This document shows positions 28,378 through 38,048 of a stretch of 64,000 nucleotides of DNA, piece by piece. The notes under the pieces were generated by a model. The model was given only the letters and a program-made list of their open reading frames with translations, made no database searches and was not told where the DNA came from. The stretch comes from an uncultured Vibrio sp. (GTDB taxonomy: Bacteria > Pseudomonadota > Gammaproteobacteria > Enterobacterales > Vibrionaceae). Numbering within the stretch: position 1 is the stretch's first letter; every line of letters starts with the position of its first letter. The DNA is taken from NCBI GenBank assembly GCA_963676525.2, contig CAXXNB010000010.1, positions 19,797 to 83,796 on the forward strand, given 5' to 3'. The position numbers and the translations under genes were made by a program.

Positions 28378-28514
28378 AAATCAACAGGGAACTTTAGTTA
28401 GGATGTTCCCCGTTATATATATATAAAATCAAATAAAAAATGTGCTAATTCAGAGTGTTTTTTTTGAGAACAGTTGTCTTCATCCCCGCATCGGCCGTTT
28501 GTTGCAGTCCATAA

Positions 28515-31109
28515 CTAAAGTCTACATCGCCCAACGGTTTTCTTCGTTACACTAGACTGTCGATTTAGTCCTTCTGGATATGAGAATTCGTGTAAGATAC
28601 TTTTGTCTAATTGATACTCGACAGCCAAAGAAGCATGACGATCTTGCTTCATCAACTCTGCTAGAGCTGCCTGTCTTAAGGAGTCTGTAGGCTCAACACC
28701 ATCTTCAAACACTCGTACCCGCTCATTAATTTCGGCCTTATTGACATAAATGTGCGACTCGTCTTTATGACGGCTTAGAGCGACATACGTTTCTCGTTGG
28801 CCCATCCGTCCAGAGTAGAGAGTGAACGTATTGCCATTTATGGTTGTACCTTGTGAACTAAAAATAGTTAAAGCGTATGCATGGCATAAATTGACTCCTA
28901 TCTCGTCGGTGTATTCTGAAGCTAGAAATGAAATAGTCCGGTTATTATCAAGAGTCACTGTGAGCTGAACATCATCATCTAATGATGTAATAGCTCGGAT
29001 AGTTCCCAAGGTGCCATTCGTCACTTGTAAGTATCTATATTCATTACGACAGAATTTAACGCGATCTCCTATAGAATAATCATATTCAAATTTTTTATCT
29101 GCGACACTGCATGTTAGCTTGATGTTCTCTGTACCAACTTTGCCTTCATTGATATAAATTTTCCGAATTGCCTTGCTGAGTTCTTTTACATATTTCCATT
29201 CGCGTGCAATCACTAATGATTGTTTCTCAGGGTGGGACTTTTGATAGTTATGCCAATCACTGATCAGAGCTTGTATGGCTTCTTCATTGTTATTGGCCCA
29301 GTGTAAACAGTCATGCTTTTGAAGAGACTCTAAAGCTTGTTCTGAGCGTTTATCTCGGAGATCGACGACGACTTGCTTTGCCCAAGTTTTTCTTTGGCGA
29401 CGGATTGTTTCAATCCGTTGTGTTCCCAGAATTTCCGGTTTGGATAGAAAGCGTAGGGCACCACCTCGAGAGATTGCGTCAAGTTGCTTATCTTCTCCGG
29501 TGAGAATGACCTTGCAGTTTGATTCTTTTGCTTCGTGCAGAAGTAATTGCAAGTCAGTACTGGGAAGTAATCCCGCTTCATCCACAATCAAAACATCAAC
29601 ATTAATCAAAGGATGTCTATTATCTTGAATAGTTGTTACTAATGAAGCCACTGTATGAGATTGAATTCCTGTTTCTTGCGTGAGATTATCGGCTGCTTTT
29701 TTCGCAATACAGGCTCCTTTGACAGTTAACTCTTGTTTCTCATAAGCAAGCTTTGCCGCAAGCATTAATGTCGTTTTACCTGCGCCAGCGCTACCTTGAG
29801 TGATAGATAGGTTACCGGAACATAATGTGTATTGAATTGCTTCTTTTTGTTCCTCACCGAAAGAGAACCTCAGTAGTTTTTCAGCAGTGATAACAGCATC
29901 ATTAACTTGTTTTACTGTGATATTTGTTGTGTTCCGTTTCGCTAGAATTTTGGCGTCGTTGATCATCAGGCGTTCACATAACAGAACATCTTCAGTGGTA
30001 AACTGACGAGAAAAAGCATTCTTAGGCTGTAATGAAAATATCTCTTCACTTTCAAGAATGAAGCGCGATAGTGTTTCGGCTTTCGTAGCATTTATGCCTT
30101 GATGTGAGGCTTGTACTGCGATAGTTCGAAATAGCTCTTGTTCAGTGAAAACCGCTTTTTTATCAGTGATCTCTGATAAAATTTTGTATTCATCAATTTC
30201 TGTGGGTGTCAGATTTTTCTCTTTCCGAGTTAAAGATTCAATATAAGTTTCTGACAAACCATAGGTTGCTAGTTCACTTTTCCATCTTTGAAATAGCTTA
30301 TCTCGAGTTATTTTCTTTTTGTTTTTTCTATTTAGAGTCTTAAATCGAGCTCCTTCTTTGCTTGAGCTGCTTTTTATTCCCGACTTTTTGAGCTCTCTTT
30401 CAATTTCTTTGGCTCGACTAGAAAAGATATCACATGCCTCTTTTGAGACCCCCGCTACTTGGAAAGAATCATTGTCAGGATCAACTTCGAATCCTAACTC
30501 TCTCATTTGATAAGCTAGCTCTGCACGGTAAATAGCGCCTGAAGCCATTTTCCAAAAATAAAGACTGTCTGACGTAATAGAACCCCATGAATCGTCAATA
30601 CGTGGAGCAATATTCAGAACGAGTACATGAGTATGTAGATGTGGATCTTCATTTCTATTTGTACAATGTTCAAAAGTGGCTAAAACTAATCCAGCTGTTT
30701 TTTCGTAGTTTGAAGAGCGTGCACAGCGGCGTGTCATTGCAGCGTGTCGTTCTATAAATTTGATAACTTTATCCACTGCTTTCTGTTGTGCTTTTTCAAT
30801 TTTGTTCTGTAATTCAGGAGAAGCTACTGCCCATGCTAAGGTGACACTTTTTGGTGCATTAAGAGTGCAATCCCATCCTGCGCGACGATTTTCCTTTCCA
30901 GCGTTTTGGACAAGTGCTTTACCGGATGGAGAATATCCATTCATCAATTTTAGATAATCGTCGTCATTGATAGTTTGCCCATGCAGTTGAAGAACTTTTG
31001 CACCTAATCCGAGCCAAGAACCTTTCGGCTCTCCATGACCAGAGTAATAATCTTCCTGCGCTAAATCAGCGTAGTAAGCAATGTTGTTTATCGGGTGAAT
31101 AGACATCAT
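28515..31109 (-). CDS. MobF (TrwC/TraI-like) relaxase with C-terminal RecD-like helicase
   Basis: YY(12,13)...DYY(21,22), HCTNRNEDPHLHTH HUH motif, QGSAGAGKTT, VDEAG, GEDKQL, SSQGTT and YVALSR. Confidence 0.95.
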   Translation of the reverse strand: MMSIHPINNIAYYADLAQEDYYSGHGEPKGSWLGLGAKVLQLHGQTINDDDYLKLMNGYSPSGKALVQNAGKENRRAGWDCTLNAPKSVTLAWAVASPELQNKIEKAQQKAVDKVIKFIERHAAMTRRCARSSNYEKTAGLVLATFEHCTNRNEDPHLHTHVLVLNIAPRIDDSWGSITSDSLYFWKMASGAIYRAELAYQMRELGFEVDPDNDSFQVAGVSKEACDIFSSRAKEIERELKKSGIKSSSSKEGARFKTLNRKNKKKITRDKLFQRWKSELATYGLSETYIESLTRKEKNLTPTEIDEYKILSEITDKKAVFTEQELFRTIAVQASHQGINATKAETLSRFILESEEIFSLQPKNAFSRQFTTEDVLLCERLMINDAKILAKRNTTNITVKQVNDAVITAEKLLRFSFGEEQKEAIQYTLCSGNLSITQGSAGAGKTTLMLAAKLAYEKQELTVKGACIAKKAADNLTQETGIQSHTVASLVTTIQDNRHPLINVDVLIVDEAGLLPSTDLQLLLHEAKESNCKVILTGEDKQLDAISRGGALRFLSKPEILGTQRIETIRRQRKTWAKQVVVDLRDKRSEQALESLQKHDCLHWANNNEEAIQALISDWHNYQKSHPEKQSLVIAREWKYVKELSKAIRKIYINEGKVGTENIKLTCSVADKKFEYDYSIGDRVKFCRNEYRYLQVTNGTLGTIRAITSLDDDVQLTVTLDNNRTISFLASEYTDEIGVNLCHAYALTIFSSQGTTINGNTFTLYSGRMGQRETYVALSRHKDESHIYVNKAEINERVRVFEDGVEPTDSLRQAALAELMKQDRHASLAVEYQLDKSILHEFSYPEGLNRQSSVTKKTVGRCRL

Positions 31110-31113
31110 AGGG

Positions 31114-32790
31114 TTACTTCCTTTTGTTTAAGCGATTGGTTTGTGGCTGCGTTTTTTGTGTTACTGGCTTTTTTGAATAAGGGGTAGTTACCCATTTTGC
31201 TGGCACTTTCCTTTTGGCTTTTTGAATGCTTTGAAATAACGGCCATCTCAGTTTGTATACAGCATTCCAGCCTGGAATCTGTATATATCCTTCGACACCT
31301 TTCCGTGTTGGTTGCCCCAGCTGGACTAAATCTGATGCCTTTACAACTGGTGTTTCTTCTCTTTTCCCAATTCTATCTGGATGGTCATAATCAGGAGTTT
31401 CTGCTGTGTACTCACCAAAAATATTTGCACTGTATTTTGCATCATCGCCTGCTGCGCCCATCCTAAAAGTGATGACATTGGATAGTAAGTTGATTATTGA
31501 GTCTGTTTCTTCTTTACCGTAAACAGAATGAAGTTGAGAGATTGACTGAGTACAAAGTACTGACCGAGCACCATTTTCTCTAGCTAATTCAAGCCATTTC
31601 TTTATATTTGGGTTGCGTGGAAGGTTGGCAAATTCGTCAATGAACAACCATGTTTTCCTTTTAGAAGAAAAAGTTCCAGCTAGATAATGCTTTGTCATTA
31701 GAGAAAGAATGGCATTACATAGCGGTTCTCCAAGGCTAGGAAATTGACTGTGTGCTTGAATCATAATGACATGTTTTGCTTGGCTATCTTTAAGCCAACT
31801 TTTCAGACTAAATGTTGATCTAGATTGTTCCGGCCACGCTTTTGCCAAATCTTCAATCCAACTCAATTTGCTCATAATATGAACATAAAAACCTTGGGTT
31901 GTTTTTGATTCGGACTCAATGAAACTTGTCACTATTGGATGATGAACAACAAATTCTGAGCGAGCTTTGTCAGGGCTAAACATAAATTGTTTATAAAGGT
32001 CATTCCAGCCCCATGCATTTCCTTGTACATGGATTAATTTCATCAACATGCTGACAAAAATAACTCTGGCACCTTGATCCCAGATTGGATCAGGAGTTTT
32101 AGAGTCGGGGATTAAACACAGCGCCAAAAGTTCTGCATCTTGCTTGGTTGTAATATCTTCACAAATATTCCAGCAAATGCTGCGTTTGTCCCATGGTGCA
32201 AGTAAGATAGTGTTATTTGGGCTATAAAAGCTCTCTGTATATTCCCCTTTCTCATCATAGATCACAGCATAGTCGCCTCGATTGAGTGCCAATTGAACAA
32301 GTAGCTTGAATGCTGTCGATTTACCTGCTCCTGTGGTTCCGTTAATTAGAAAGTTGTTTTGCTCCCTTGCTTCTGTGATTTTGATGTTTGGATGGACTTT
32401 TATACCAGTGCGGGTGAATGGGTTGCCTCGTAAATCTTTTCTGTGCTGAGCTTTGGCATGTCGAATTGCTTTTCGTCCTGAGTACAGCTTGGGGCCAGCA
32501 ATGTATTTCAGCTCATATGATTTGTGTCTTGATTTGAAGATAAATGTAATAAAAGAAACAGATAATGCGAGAGCTACAGATAAAGTGATAGCATTGTTTT
32601 CACTGTGGACTACTGATTGCCAGTCACCATCTCGTCCATAATTTTGAAGCACTTCCCTTAGCCACATCTTATTGCTATGAGGTGATTTAATCCAAGAAAA
32701 CCCCTTCAAAGCCATTGTCACTGGAATAGCCAGCAGAATGCTGGCCAAAATAAAAATAATGGTCTGGTAGATACGAGAAATTAGAATCAT
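31114..32790 (-). CDS. Type IV coupling protein (TrwB/TraD-like)
   Basis: Two N-terminal TM segments, GTTGAGKST, IYDEKGEY, FIDEFANL and TQSISQL..VYG. Confidence 0.92.
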   Translation of the reverse strand: MILISRIYQTIIFILASILLAIPVTMALKGFSWIKSPHSNKMWLREVLQNYGRDGDWQSVVHSENNAITLSVALALSVSFITFIFKSRHKSYELKYIAGPKLYSGRKAIRHAKAQHRKDLRGNPFTRTGIKVHPNIKITEAREQNNFLINGTTGAGKSTAFKLLVQLALNRGDYAVIYDEKGEYTESFYSPNNTILLAPWDKRSICWNICEDITTKQDAELLALCLIPDSKTPDPIWDQGARVIFVSMLMKLIHVQGNAWGWNDLYKQFMFSPDKARSEFVVHHPIVTSFIESESKTTQGFYVHIMSKLSWIEDLAKAWPEQSRSTFSLKSWLKDSQAKHVIMIQAHSQFPSLGEPLCNAILSLMTKHYLAGTFSSKRKTWLFIDEFANLPRNPNIKKWLELARENGARSVLCTQSISQLHSVYGKEETDSIINLLSNVITFRMGAAGDDAKYSANIFGEYTAETPDYDHPDRIGKREETPVVKASDLVQLGQPTRKGVEGYIQIPGWNAVYKLRWPLFQSIQKAKRKVPAKWVTTPYSKKPVTQKTQPQTNRLNKRK

Positions 32791-33092
32791 GACTTACTCT
32801 CTGGCTGTAGGTTTGAACGATATTTTTTTCTAGCTTGCAGCCGTTGTTGATCATCAATATCGGCTATCGCAGCAACCATCTCGAATATCCGTCTCTCTAG
32901 TCGTTTTTCGAGCTGTTCAATTTTAAAATTCATATTCTTTAGATTTATATAGTCATCAATTAGCAAGCGTCCTAGCTCGGAATTGCTCATGTTTTTTTCT
33001 TCCGCTGCTCGCGCAAAAAGGTTATATTGATGGGTAGTAACTCGGAAAGTGATGCTTCTTCCGGTATCTGGGCTGCGTTTTGAACGAGTCAT
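32787..33092 (-). CDS. Ribbon-helix-helix relaxosome accessory protein (TrwA/MobC-like)
   Basis: SITFRVT...FARAAEEKNMSNSELGRLLID RHH pattern. Overlaps the T4CP start. Likely start at ATG 33092. Confidence 0.7.
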   Translation of the reverse strand: MTRSKRSPDTGRSITFRVTTHQYNLFARAAEEKNMSNSELGRLLIDDYINLKNMNFKIEQLEKRLERRIFEMVAAIADIDDQQRLQARKKYRSNLQPESKS

Positions 33093-33176
33093 ATTTCTTT
33101 CTCTTAATGTATACAGTGTAAGCACTTTGATTTTGTTTGATTTTTTTGACGAAAAATCTGACATTTGTATTCAGAG

Positions 33177-33223
33177 TAAATACACGCTAACCTCTTGAAT
33201 ATGTTGGATTTAGCGTGTATTTA
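33177..33223. promoter_or_regulatory. 14-bp perfect inverted repeat in the candidate oriT region
   Basis: taaatacacgctaa (33177-33190) and ttagcgtgtattta (33210-33223), directly upstream of the RHH-T4CP-relaxase operon. oriT role is inferred from position. Confidence 0.55.
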
Positions 33224-33266
33224 TGACCTAACTAAAGCTTACTTAGAAGCGTTCAGGTCTGAGTCC

Positions 33267-33626
33267 TTAAAGAACGTTGTAGGAAAAGTCAGGCGCTCTT
33301 TTTGAATAGATGGAAAGGGCTAAAGCCATAACTCTTAAAGTATCGATATCGATTAAGAGACAATTTTCTTGTTTGGCCTGTCTTATCTCTGGACTGCTTA
33401 CTACTTCAAGCAGGCTTGAGCACTCCACAGGGTCAAGTTCTATGCCTAATGTGTGTTCCGCCTCTTCTATGGATTGTGCAAGTAATTCATAAACACCACG
33501 AGCCATAGAGTGGTGACATCTGCCGATTTCCATAGCAATCGATAAATTTTGATCTTTTGCTTGGAGCCGAGAGATTATTTTCTTTTGGCGTGGTGATTCA
33601 TCTAAATAGCTCATAATTTTCTCCAT
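33267..33626 (-). CDS. Hypothetical protein, co-transcribed with the AlpA gene
   Basis: 119-aa ORF starting 2 bp after the AlpA stop. No recognisable motif. Confidence 0.6.
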   Translation of the reverse strand: MEKIMSYLDESPRQKKIISRLQAKDQNLSIAMEIGRCHHSMARGVYELLAQSIEEAEHTLGIELDPVECSSLLEVVSSPEIRQAKQENCLLIDIDTLRVMALALSIYSKRAPDFSYNVL

Positions 33627-33628
33627 TT

Positions 33629-33820
33629 TTATTGGTTATCTAACCAGTTAGTTATATCTTTCAATTTCCAGCCTAATATTTTATTCCCGGTGTAAACTCC
33701 GGATGGAAAGTTCGCTTCAGTATTTCGACGTAATCTATCTAAAGTCGCTGTACTGATATTTAATATTTGGCAGACTTGCCGTTTTCGTAAGAGTAGTGGT
33801 GTTAGTTGCTGGTACTTCAT
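33629..33820 (-). CDS. AlpA-family HTH protein (probable recombination directionality factor)
   Basis: LLRKRQVCQILNISTATLDRL...FP...ILGW...I.NW pattern. AAGAGG RBS. Confidence 0.88.
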   Translation of the reverse strand: MKYQQLTPLLLRKRQVCQILNISTATLDRLRRNTEANFPSGVYTGNKILGWKLKDITNWLDNQ

Positions 33821-33935
33821 CTTTTTTCCTCTTTAGTAATCACCTTGTATGCTCTTATGGTATTGTTTGAAGGCATCTGTGTATTGGTCGTGATAGATTA
33901 GCTTCACGGCATTGATTTTTTTATGGTAATGTGAT

Positions 33936-34841
33936 ATGGGAATTCCAATCGATAAGCTAAGAACGATTTTTTGGGCTCATAGAGTCCTAGAAATTGATGG
34001 CCTTGATGGGCTATTGAAAAAAGGTAAGTCCGATAAAAATAAAATCGTTAAGTTGATTGAGGAGAGGTATGAAAAAGTAGAACCTTTATTTAAAGACGAT
34101 GATATTTTTGATGTTGCAATGGAATTATTTTTTGATAAAGCCTCGTGGAAAAGATATTTGTCTGGGGAAACGCCACCAAGCTATAGTAAAGAAGGAAATT
34201 TTTTTACAAATGGAATAAACAGGCACTCTTACAAGGTTAATATTGTTGAAACTTTGTTTCCTGAAGTAAAAGGTTATTACCTCAATGGCCCATATGGATT
34301 AATTGATGTGATGTCTTGTGATAACTTAGATGACGCTTTACATACTTTCGAAAACAATTTGAAATCTTTTGTGAATATTCATGAGGCTAATCATGTGCGT
34401 CATGAGCAAGCTGATATTCAACCTTTTACGTTCTCAGACACTTGGGAAGCGATTAAAAACCGAATGAAACATGTTCCTGAGAATAATTTCGACATTATGA
34501 AATGCTCATTACCGAGTTTGTATGAACTTCCATCGAAGTGGTCTCCTGTGTCTGAAGCTCCATTATTCCTGCTTATGGCTATAGGATATATTGAAGCTCG
34601 TTTTATGCAGCGCTTTCCGTCTTACCAGTCTGTGCTTGATGGAACACAACTAGCTGAGATTGCTATCTTTGATGACGAAAAGCGCATTGAATCTGGGATT
34701 TTGTATTTAGAAAAAAAATATCAGATAAATCGAAAGATTTGGTTTGAGGATGATGTTTTTAATATGGCAAGAAAGAATATCCTCGATAGAGGACGTGAAG
34801 CATTTCCTGAACTTGCCGAATTTGATTTTGATAATGGCTAG
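33936..34841 (+). CDS. Hypothetical protein (301 aa), divergent from AlpA and convergent with the integrase
   Basis: Long ORF filling the gap between backbone genes. No family recognised. Confidence 0.75.
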   Translation: MGIPIDKLRTIFWAHRVLEIDGLDGLLKKGKSDKNKIVKLIEERYEKVEPLFKDDDIFDVAMELFFDKASWKRYLSGETPPSYSKEGNFFTNGINRHSYKVNIVETLFPEVKGYYLNGPYGLIDVMSCDNLDDALHTFENNLKSFVNIHEANHVRHEQADIQPFTFSDTWEAIKNRMKHVPENNFDIMKCSLPSLYELPSKWSPVSEAPLFLLMAIGYIEARFMQRFPSYQSVLDGTQLAEIAIFDDEKRIESGILYLEKKYQINRKIWFEDDVFNMARKNILDRGREAFPELAEFDFDNG

Positions 34842-34844
34842 TAT

Positions 34845-36041
34845 TTATTCTCCTAATATATAAGGAGTAAGCTTCAAGCTAAGTATTTCATATGCTTCTC
34901 TTCGTTGTTCTAAGTAATCATGTATATCGTAAGTCCCTGCTATTTTGGGGAGCTTATGATTTAAGCATCTTTCAGCTATATGCGGAAGGATATGGCAACC
35001 TGACAGTAAGGTTCTGAAAGTCCGTCGTAGGTCATGCACAGTGAAGTGTGCAATATCGACATCATCCTGAGATAGTAATTTATTCAGAGCTGCGTTTAGT
35101 GTGTCGGGTGATACATGTCCAAACCTTTTAGATGATCGTCGCTTGGGAAATACATAAATACTGTCTGCTGCCCTGATTTTTAATTCAGCAAAAATATCCC
35201 AGATTTTTGATGGGAGAGGAATTGAAATTGCCAAGGAATTTTTTGTTCTTTCTTCCGGGATATGCCAAAGCTTTTCTTCAAAGTCGAATTCGTCCCATTT
35301 GGCTGCTATCAATTCTCCTTTCCTAACACCGAGTAGTAAAAGTAAGCAGCAGGCCAAGTAGTTTTCACGAACAAAAATATCGTTGTGTGATTTTATTGCT
35401 TTGAACAGCGACTCGATTTCATCGATTGATAAGACTCGTTTTCGTGGCTTTTCTTCACCGCCAGCATCATGAATATCAAATGCATATGCTGGGTTATATT
35501 TTATTAACCCCATCTTGATAGCATGGTTGAAAAGTTGTTTAAGATAGCTTAGAGCATCATTTGAGATAGAAGGGCGATTATCGTCGTTAATAGCTCTTAT
35601 TATTTGAGCAATATCCCGAGGTTCCACCTTGCTTACTTCCATCTTGCCAATGAGTGGAGATATATCTTTCCGGTAGACGCGTTCCGGAATTTGAGGGTTT
35701 TTGATTCTTTTGCTTTTTACTGATAACCAATCATCGGCTAGGTGATCAACAGTATCAAATTCTAGCCTTTCAGTGCGTTTTTTCTCGATCTGTGGGTCGT
35801 TCCCGTTTTTCAATTCATATTTTAATAGAATCGCACGTTCTTTTGCTTCAGCACCTTTAATGCCCGCCGGTGGCACTCCATACTTAGCTATTGTATGTTC
35901 CTTTCTTTGCCCTTTATATGTATATCGAAAAGTCCAGAATGCGGACATTGGGCTTACTACTCGAAAATAAAGCCCTGTAGATATGCGATGACGCCTAGGC
36001 TCGCCCTCTTTCATTAAGGCTATGAGATCATTATCTTTCAT
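34845..36041 (-). CDS. Tyrosine recombinase/integrase (P4-like, with arm-binding domain)
   Basis: N-terminal GLYFRV...WTFRY...G arm domain. Catalytic GVRKGEL, HDLRR, LNH and terminal TY. Confidence 0.96.
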   Translation of the reverse strand: MKDNDLIALMKEGEPRRHRISTGLYFRVVSPMSAFWTFRYTYKGQRKEHTIAKYGVPPAGIKGAEAKERAILLKYELKNGNDPQIEKKRTERLEFDTVDHLADDWLSVKSKRIKNPQIPERVYRKDISPLIGKMEVSKVEPRDIAQIIRAINDDNRPSISNDALSYLKQLFNHAIKMGLIKYNPAYAFDIHDAGGEEKPRKRVLSIDEIESLFKAIKSHNDIFVRENYLACCLLLLLGVRKGELIAAKWDEFDFEEKLWHIPEERTKNSLAISIPLPSKIWDIFAELKIRAADSIYVFPKRRSSKRFGHVSPDTLNAALNKLLSQDDVDIAHFTVHDLRRTFRTLLSGCHILPHIAERCLNHKLPKIAGTYDIHDYLEQRREAYEILSLKLTPYILGE

Positions 36042-36052
36042 GATGGGTGCTC

Positions 36053-36119
36053 AAATTGGTGACAATGAGACAAAAGTATCATGTTGTCTCAATTTTTGTC
36101 ACCACTTTGTCACCAATTT
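36053..36119. promoter_or_regulatory. Probable arm-type sites / inverted repeat at the right end, over the integrase promoter region
   Basis: aaattggtgacaa (36053-36065) is inverted with ttgtcaccaattt (36107-36119). tttgtcacca occurs in tandem at 36095-36104 and 36106-36115. Inner IR tgagacaa/ttgtctca. Confidence 0.7.
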
Positions 36120-36221
36120 TTTGAGGTTAAGAGATTAGGTTTGAATCTGTTTGATTATATATAATTCATTTAACCTATTGTTTTTACGGTGATTTGGTTT
36201 TATATGATTCTATATGACTTT

Positions 36222-36242
36222 CTACTCAATATTCTGGATCTG
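36222..36242. repeat. yicC-proximal att site (restored yicC 3' end)
   Basis: ctactcaatattctggatctg. Minus strand encodes QIQNIE-TAG. Direct repeat of 22283-22303. Confidence 0.92.
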
Positions 36243-37088
36243 CTCACGCATCTGCTCAATTAACACTTTAAGTTCTACCCCTGTAGCAGTGACTTCGGTG
36301 TTAATAGACTTCGATGCCAGAGTGTTAGATTCGCGGTTGAATTCCTGCATCATAAAATCTAAGCGGCGGCCGACAGCGCCACCTTTTTTCAGGATGTTTT
36401 TGGTTTCTTTTACGTGAGAATCTAAGCGATCCAGTTCTTCTGCAACATCAGATTTCTGAGCCAGAAGAATTAACTCTTGTTCAACCCGGGTCGAATCCAG
36501 CTCCACTTTTGCTTCTTCAAATTTAGAAAATAAGCGGTTGCGCTGCCATTCGATGATTTCAGGCATCATGGTACGAACTTTAGTAACTTCTTCTGTAATG
36601 GCATCTAAACGCTGTTCAATAAGCGCTTTCATGTTGTCGCCTTCACGGCCACGAGCTGCAAGGAAATCTTCAATTGCTTCATCAAACGCACCCAGCAACT
36701 CTTTGGTGATTGAATCGATATCCTGCTCTGGTGTTTCCATGACACCTGGCCACTGCATTACCTGAAATGGATTAATCCGGCTGAGTTCACCAGTCATATG
36801 CATAACCTGATTCGCTGCCTTAATGACCTGTTCAGCTAATCTTTCATTGATCGTTAGTTCGTCTTTTGCTGCAGGGTTTGCTTCATAACGAAGGTGGCAT
36901 TCCACTTTACCGCGAGCCAGTTTCTGACGGAATCGATCGCGAAGAACCGGCTCGAGTCCACGGAACTGCTCTGGTAAGCGGAAGTAGGTCTCGAGGTAGC
37001 GTTGATTTACGGAGCGGATTTCCCATACCGCTGTTCCCCAATCAGCTTTGACTTCTTTGCGTGCGTACGCCGTCATACTGTAAATCAT
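36222..37088 (-). CDS. yicC: YicC/YloC family endoribonuclease
   Basis: MIYSMTAYAR, SVNQRYLE, DVAEELDRL, GRRLDFMMQEFNRESNTLASKS and EQMREQIQNIE. Confidence 0.97.
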   Translation of the reverse strand: MIYSMTAYARKEVKADWGTAVWEIRSVNQRYLETYFRLPEQFRGLEPVLRDRFRQKLARGKVECHLRYEANPAAKDELTINERLAEQVIKAANQVMHMTGELSRINPFQVMQWPGVMETPEQDIDSITKELLGAFDEAIEDFLAARGREGDNMKALIEQRLDAITEEVTKVRTMMPEIIEWQRNRLFSKFEEAKVELDSTRVEQELILLAQKSDVAEELDRLDSHVKETKNILKKGGAVGRRLDFMMQEFNRESNTLASKSINTEVTATGVELKVLIEQMREQIQNIE

Positions 37089-37291
37089 TTAAAAATCCTT
37101 GGTTAAAATATCAATATCTTACTTCTTGAGATAGTAGCATAAATACTAATTTAAACGTTATTATTCCGGCACGTTTGTGACAAAGAGATATCAGGAATGA
37201 TAAGCTTGTGACCCAAACTATGAACAAGCGTCGATTTCTTATATAATCGGCGCCCAATCCATTCGTTCACCCAATTAAAGGTAGAAGCGTC

Positions 37292-38008
37292 ATGCGTCCA
37301 AATAACCGTGCTGCCGATCAGGTTCGACCTATAAAAATTACTCGTAATTATACTGCTTATGCTGAAGGTTCAGTATTAGTGGAATTCGGCAATACAAAAG
37401 TATTGTGTAACGCAAGTGTAGAAGACACTGTTCCACGTTGGTTAAAAGGCCAGGGTAAAGGTTGGGTGACTGCAGAATACGGTATGTTACCAAGAGCGAC
37501 CCATTCCCGTACCCGCCGTGAAGCGGCCAGTGGTAAACAGGGTGGGCGTACGATGGAAATTCAGCGTTTGATCGCCCGTAGCCTTCGTGCTGTGGTTGAT
37601 TTAAAAGCCATGGCTGACATGATGATCACTGTTGACTGTGATGTTATTCAGGCTGACGGTGGTACTCGTACAGCTTCTATCACTGGGGCTTGTGTTGCTT
37701 TGTCTGATGCTTTCGACAAACTGGTTGTTGAAGGCAAGCTTAAAGCGAATCCGATGAAAGGCTTAGTTGCTGCTGTCTCTGTTGGTATTCTTGGCGAAAA
37801 TGTTTTGTGTGACCTTGAATACGTTGAAGACTCTTCAGCGGATACTGACATGAATGTAGTGATGACTGAAGATGGTCGCCTGATTGAAGTTCAGGGGACG
37901 GCTGAAGGTGAACCGTTTACTCATGAAGAGTTGATGACACTTCTGGAATCGGCCAAGAAAGGCATCGCCGATATTGTCGCTGCACAGAAAGAGGCTCTGG
38001 AAAGTTAA
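37292..38008 (+). CDS. rph: Ribonuclease PH
   Basis: [26 protein letters not shown] and [14 protein letters not shown]. Confidence 0.98.
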   Translation: MRPNNRAADQVRPIKITRNYTAYAEGSVLVEFGNTKVLCNASVEDTVPRWLKGQGKGWVTAEYGMLPRATHSRTRREAASGKQGGRTMEIQRLIARSLRAVVDLKAMADMMITVDCDVIQADGGTRTASITGACVALSDAFDKLVVEGKLKANPMKGLVAAVSVGILGENVLCDLEYVEDSSADTDMNVVMTEDGRLIEVQGTAEGEPFTHEELMTLLESAKKGIADIVAAQKEALES

Positions 38009-38019
38009 TGATTTATTGG

Positions 38020-38048
38020 ATAGCTCCTTTTTAAGGGGCTATTTTTTT
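38020..38048 (+). terminator. rph-pyrE intercistronic attenuator
   Basis: Stem atagctcctt/aaggggctat plus T-run 11 nt after the rph stop. Same position as the E. coli pyrE attenuator. Confidence 0.75.

Larger units (their letters stand above)
22283..36242. mobile_element. Integrative mobilizable element (13,960 bp including both att copies) inserted at the yicC 3' end
   Basis: Flanking direct repeats of the yicC 3' end, tyrosine integrase, AlpA-type RDF, RHH protein, T4CP and MobF relaxase. AT-rich cargo. No T4SS genes. Confidence 0.93.

Noticed and set aside
28383-28414. Imperfect hairpin between the nuclease and relaxase genes
   Set aside because: One mismatch, a 12-nt loop and no clear U-tract; too weak to call a terminator.
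22283-36242. Self-transmissible ICE, prophage or classical SXT-mobilized MGI
   Set aside because: No T4SS/VirB4, capsid, terminase or primase gene. It encodes its own relaxase and T4CP, which classical yicC MGIs lack.
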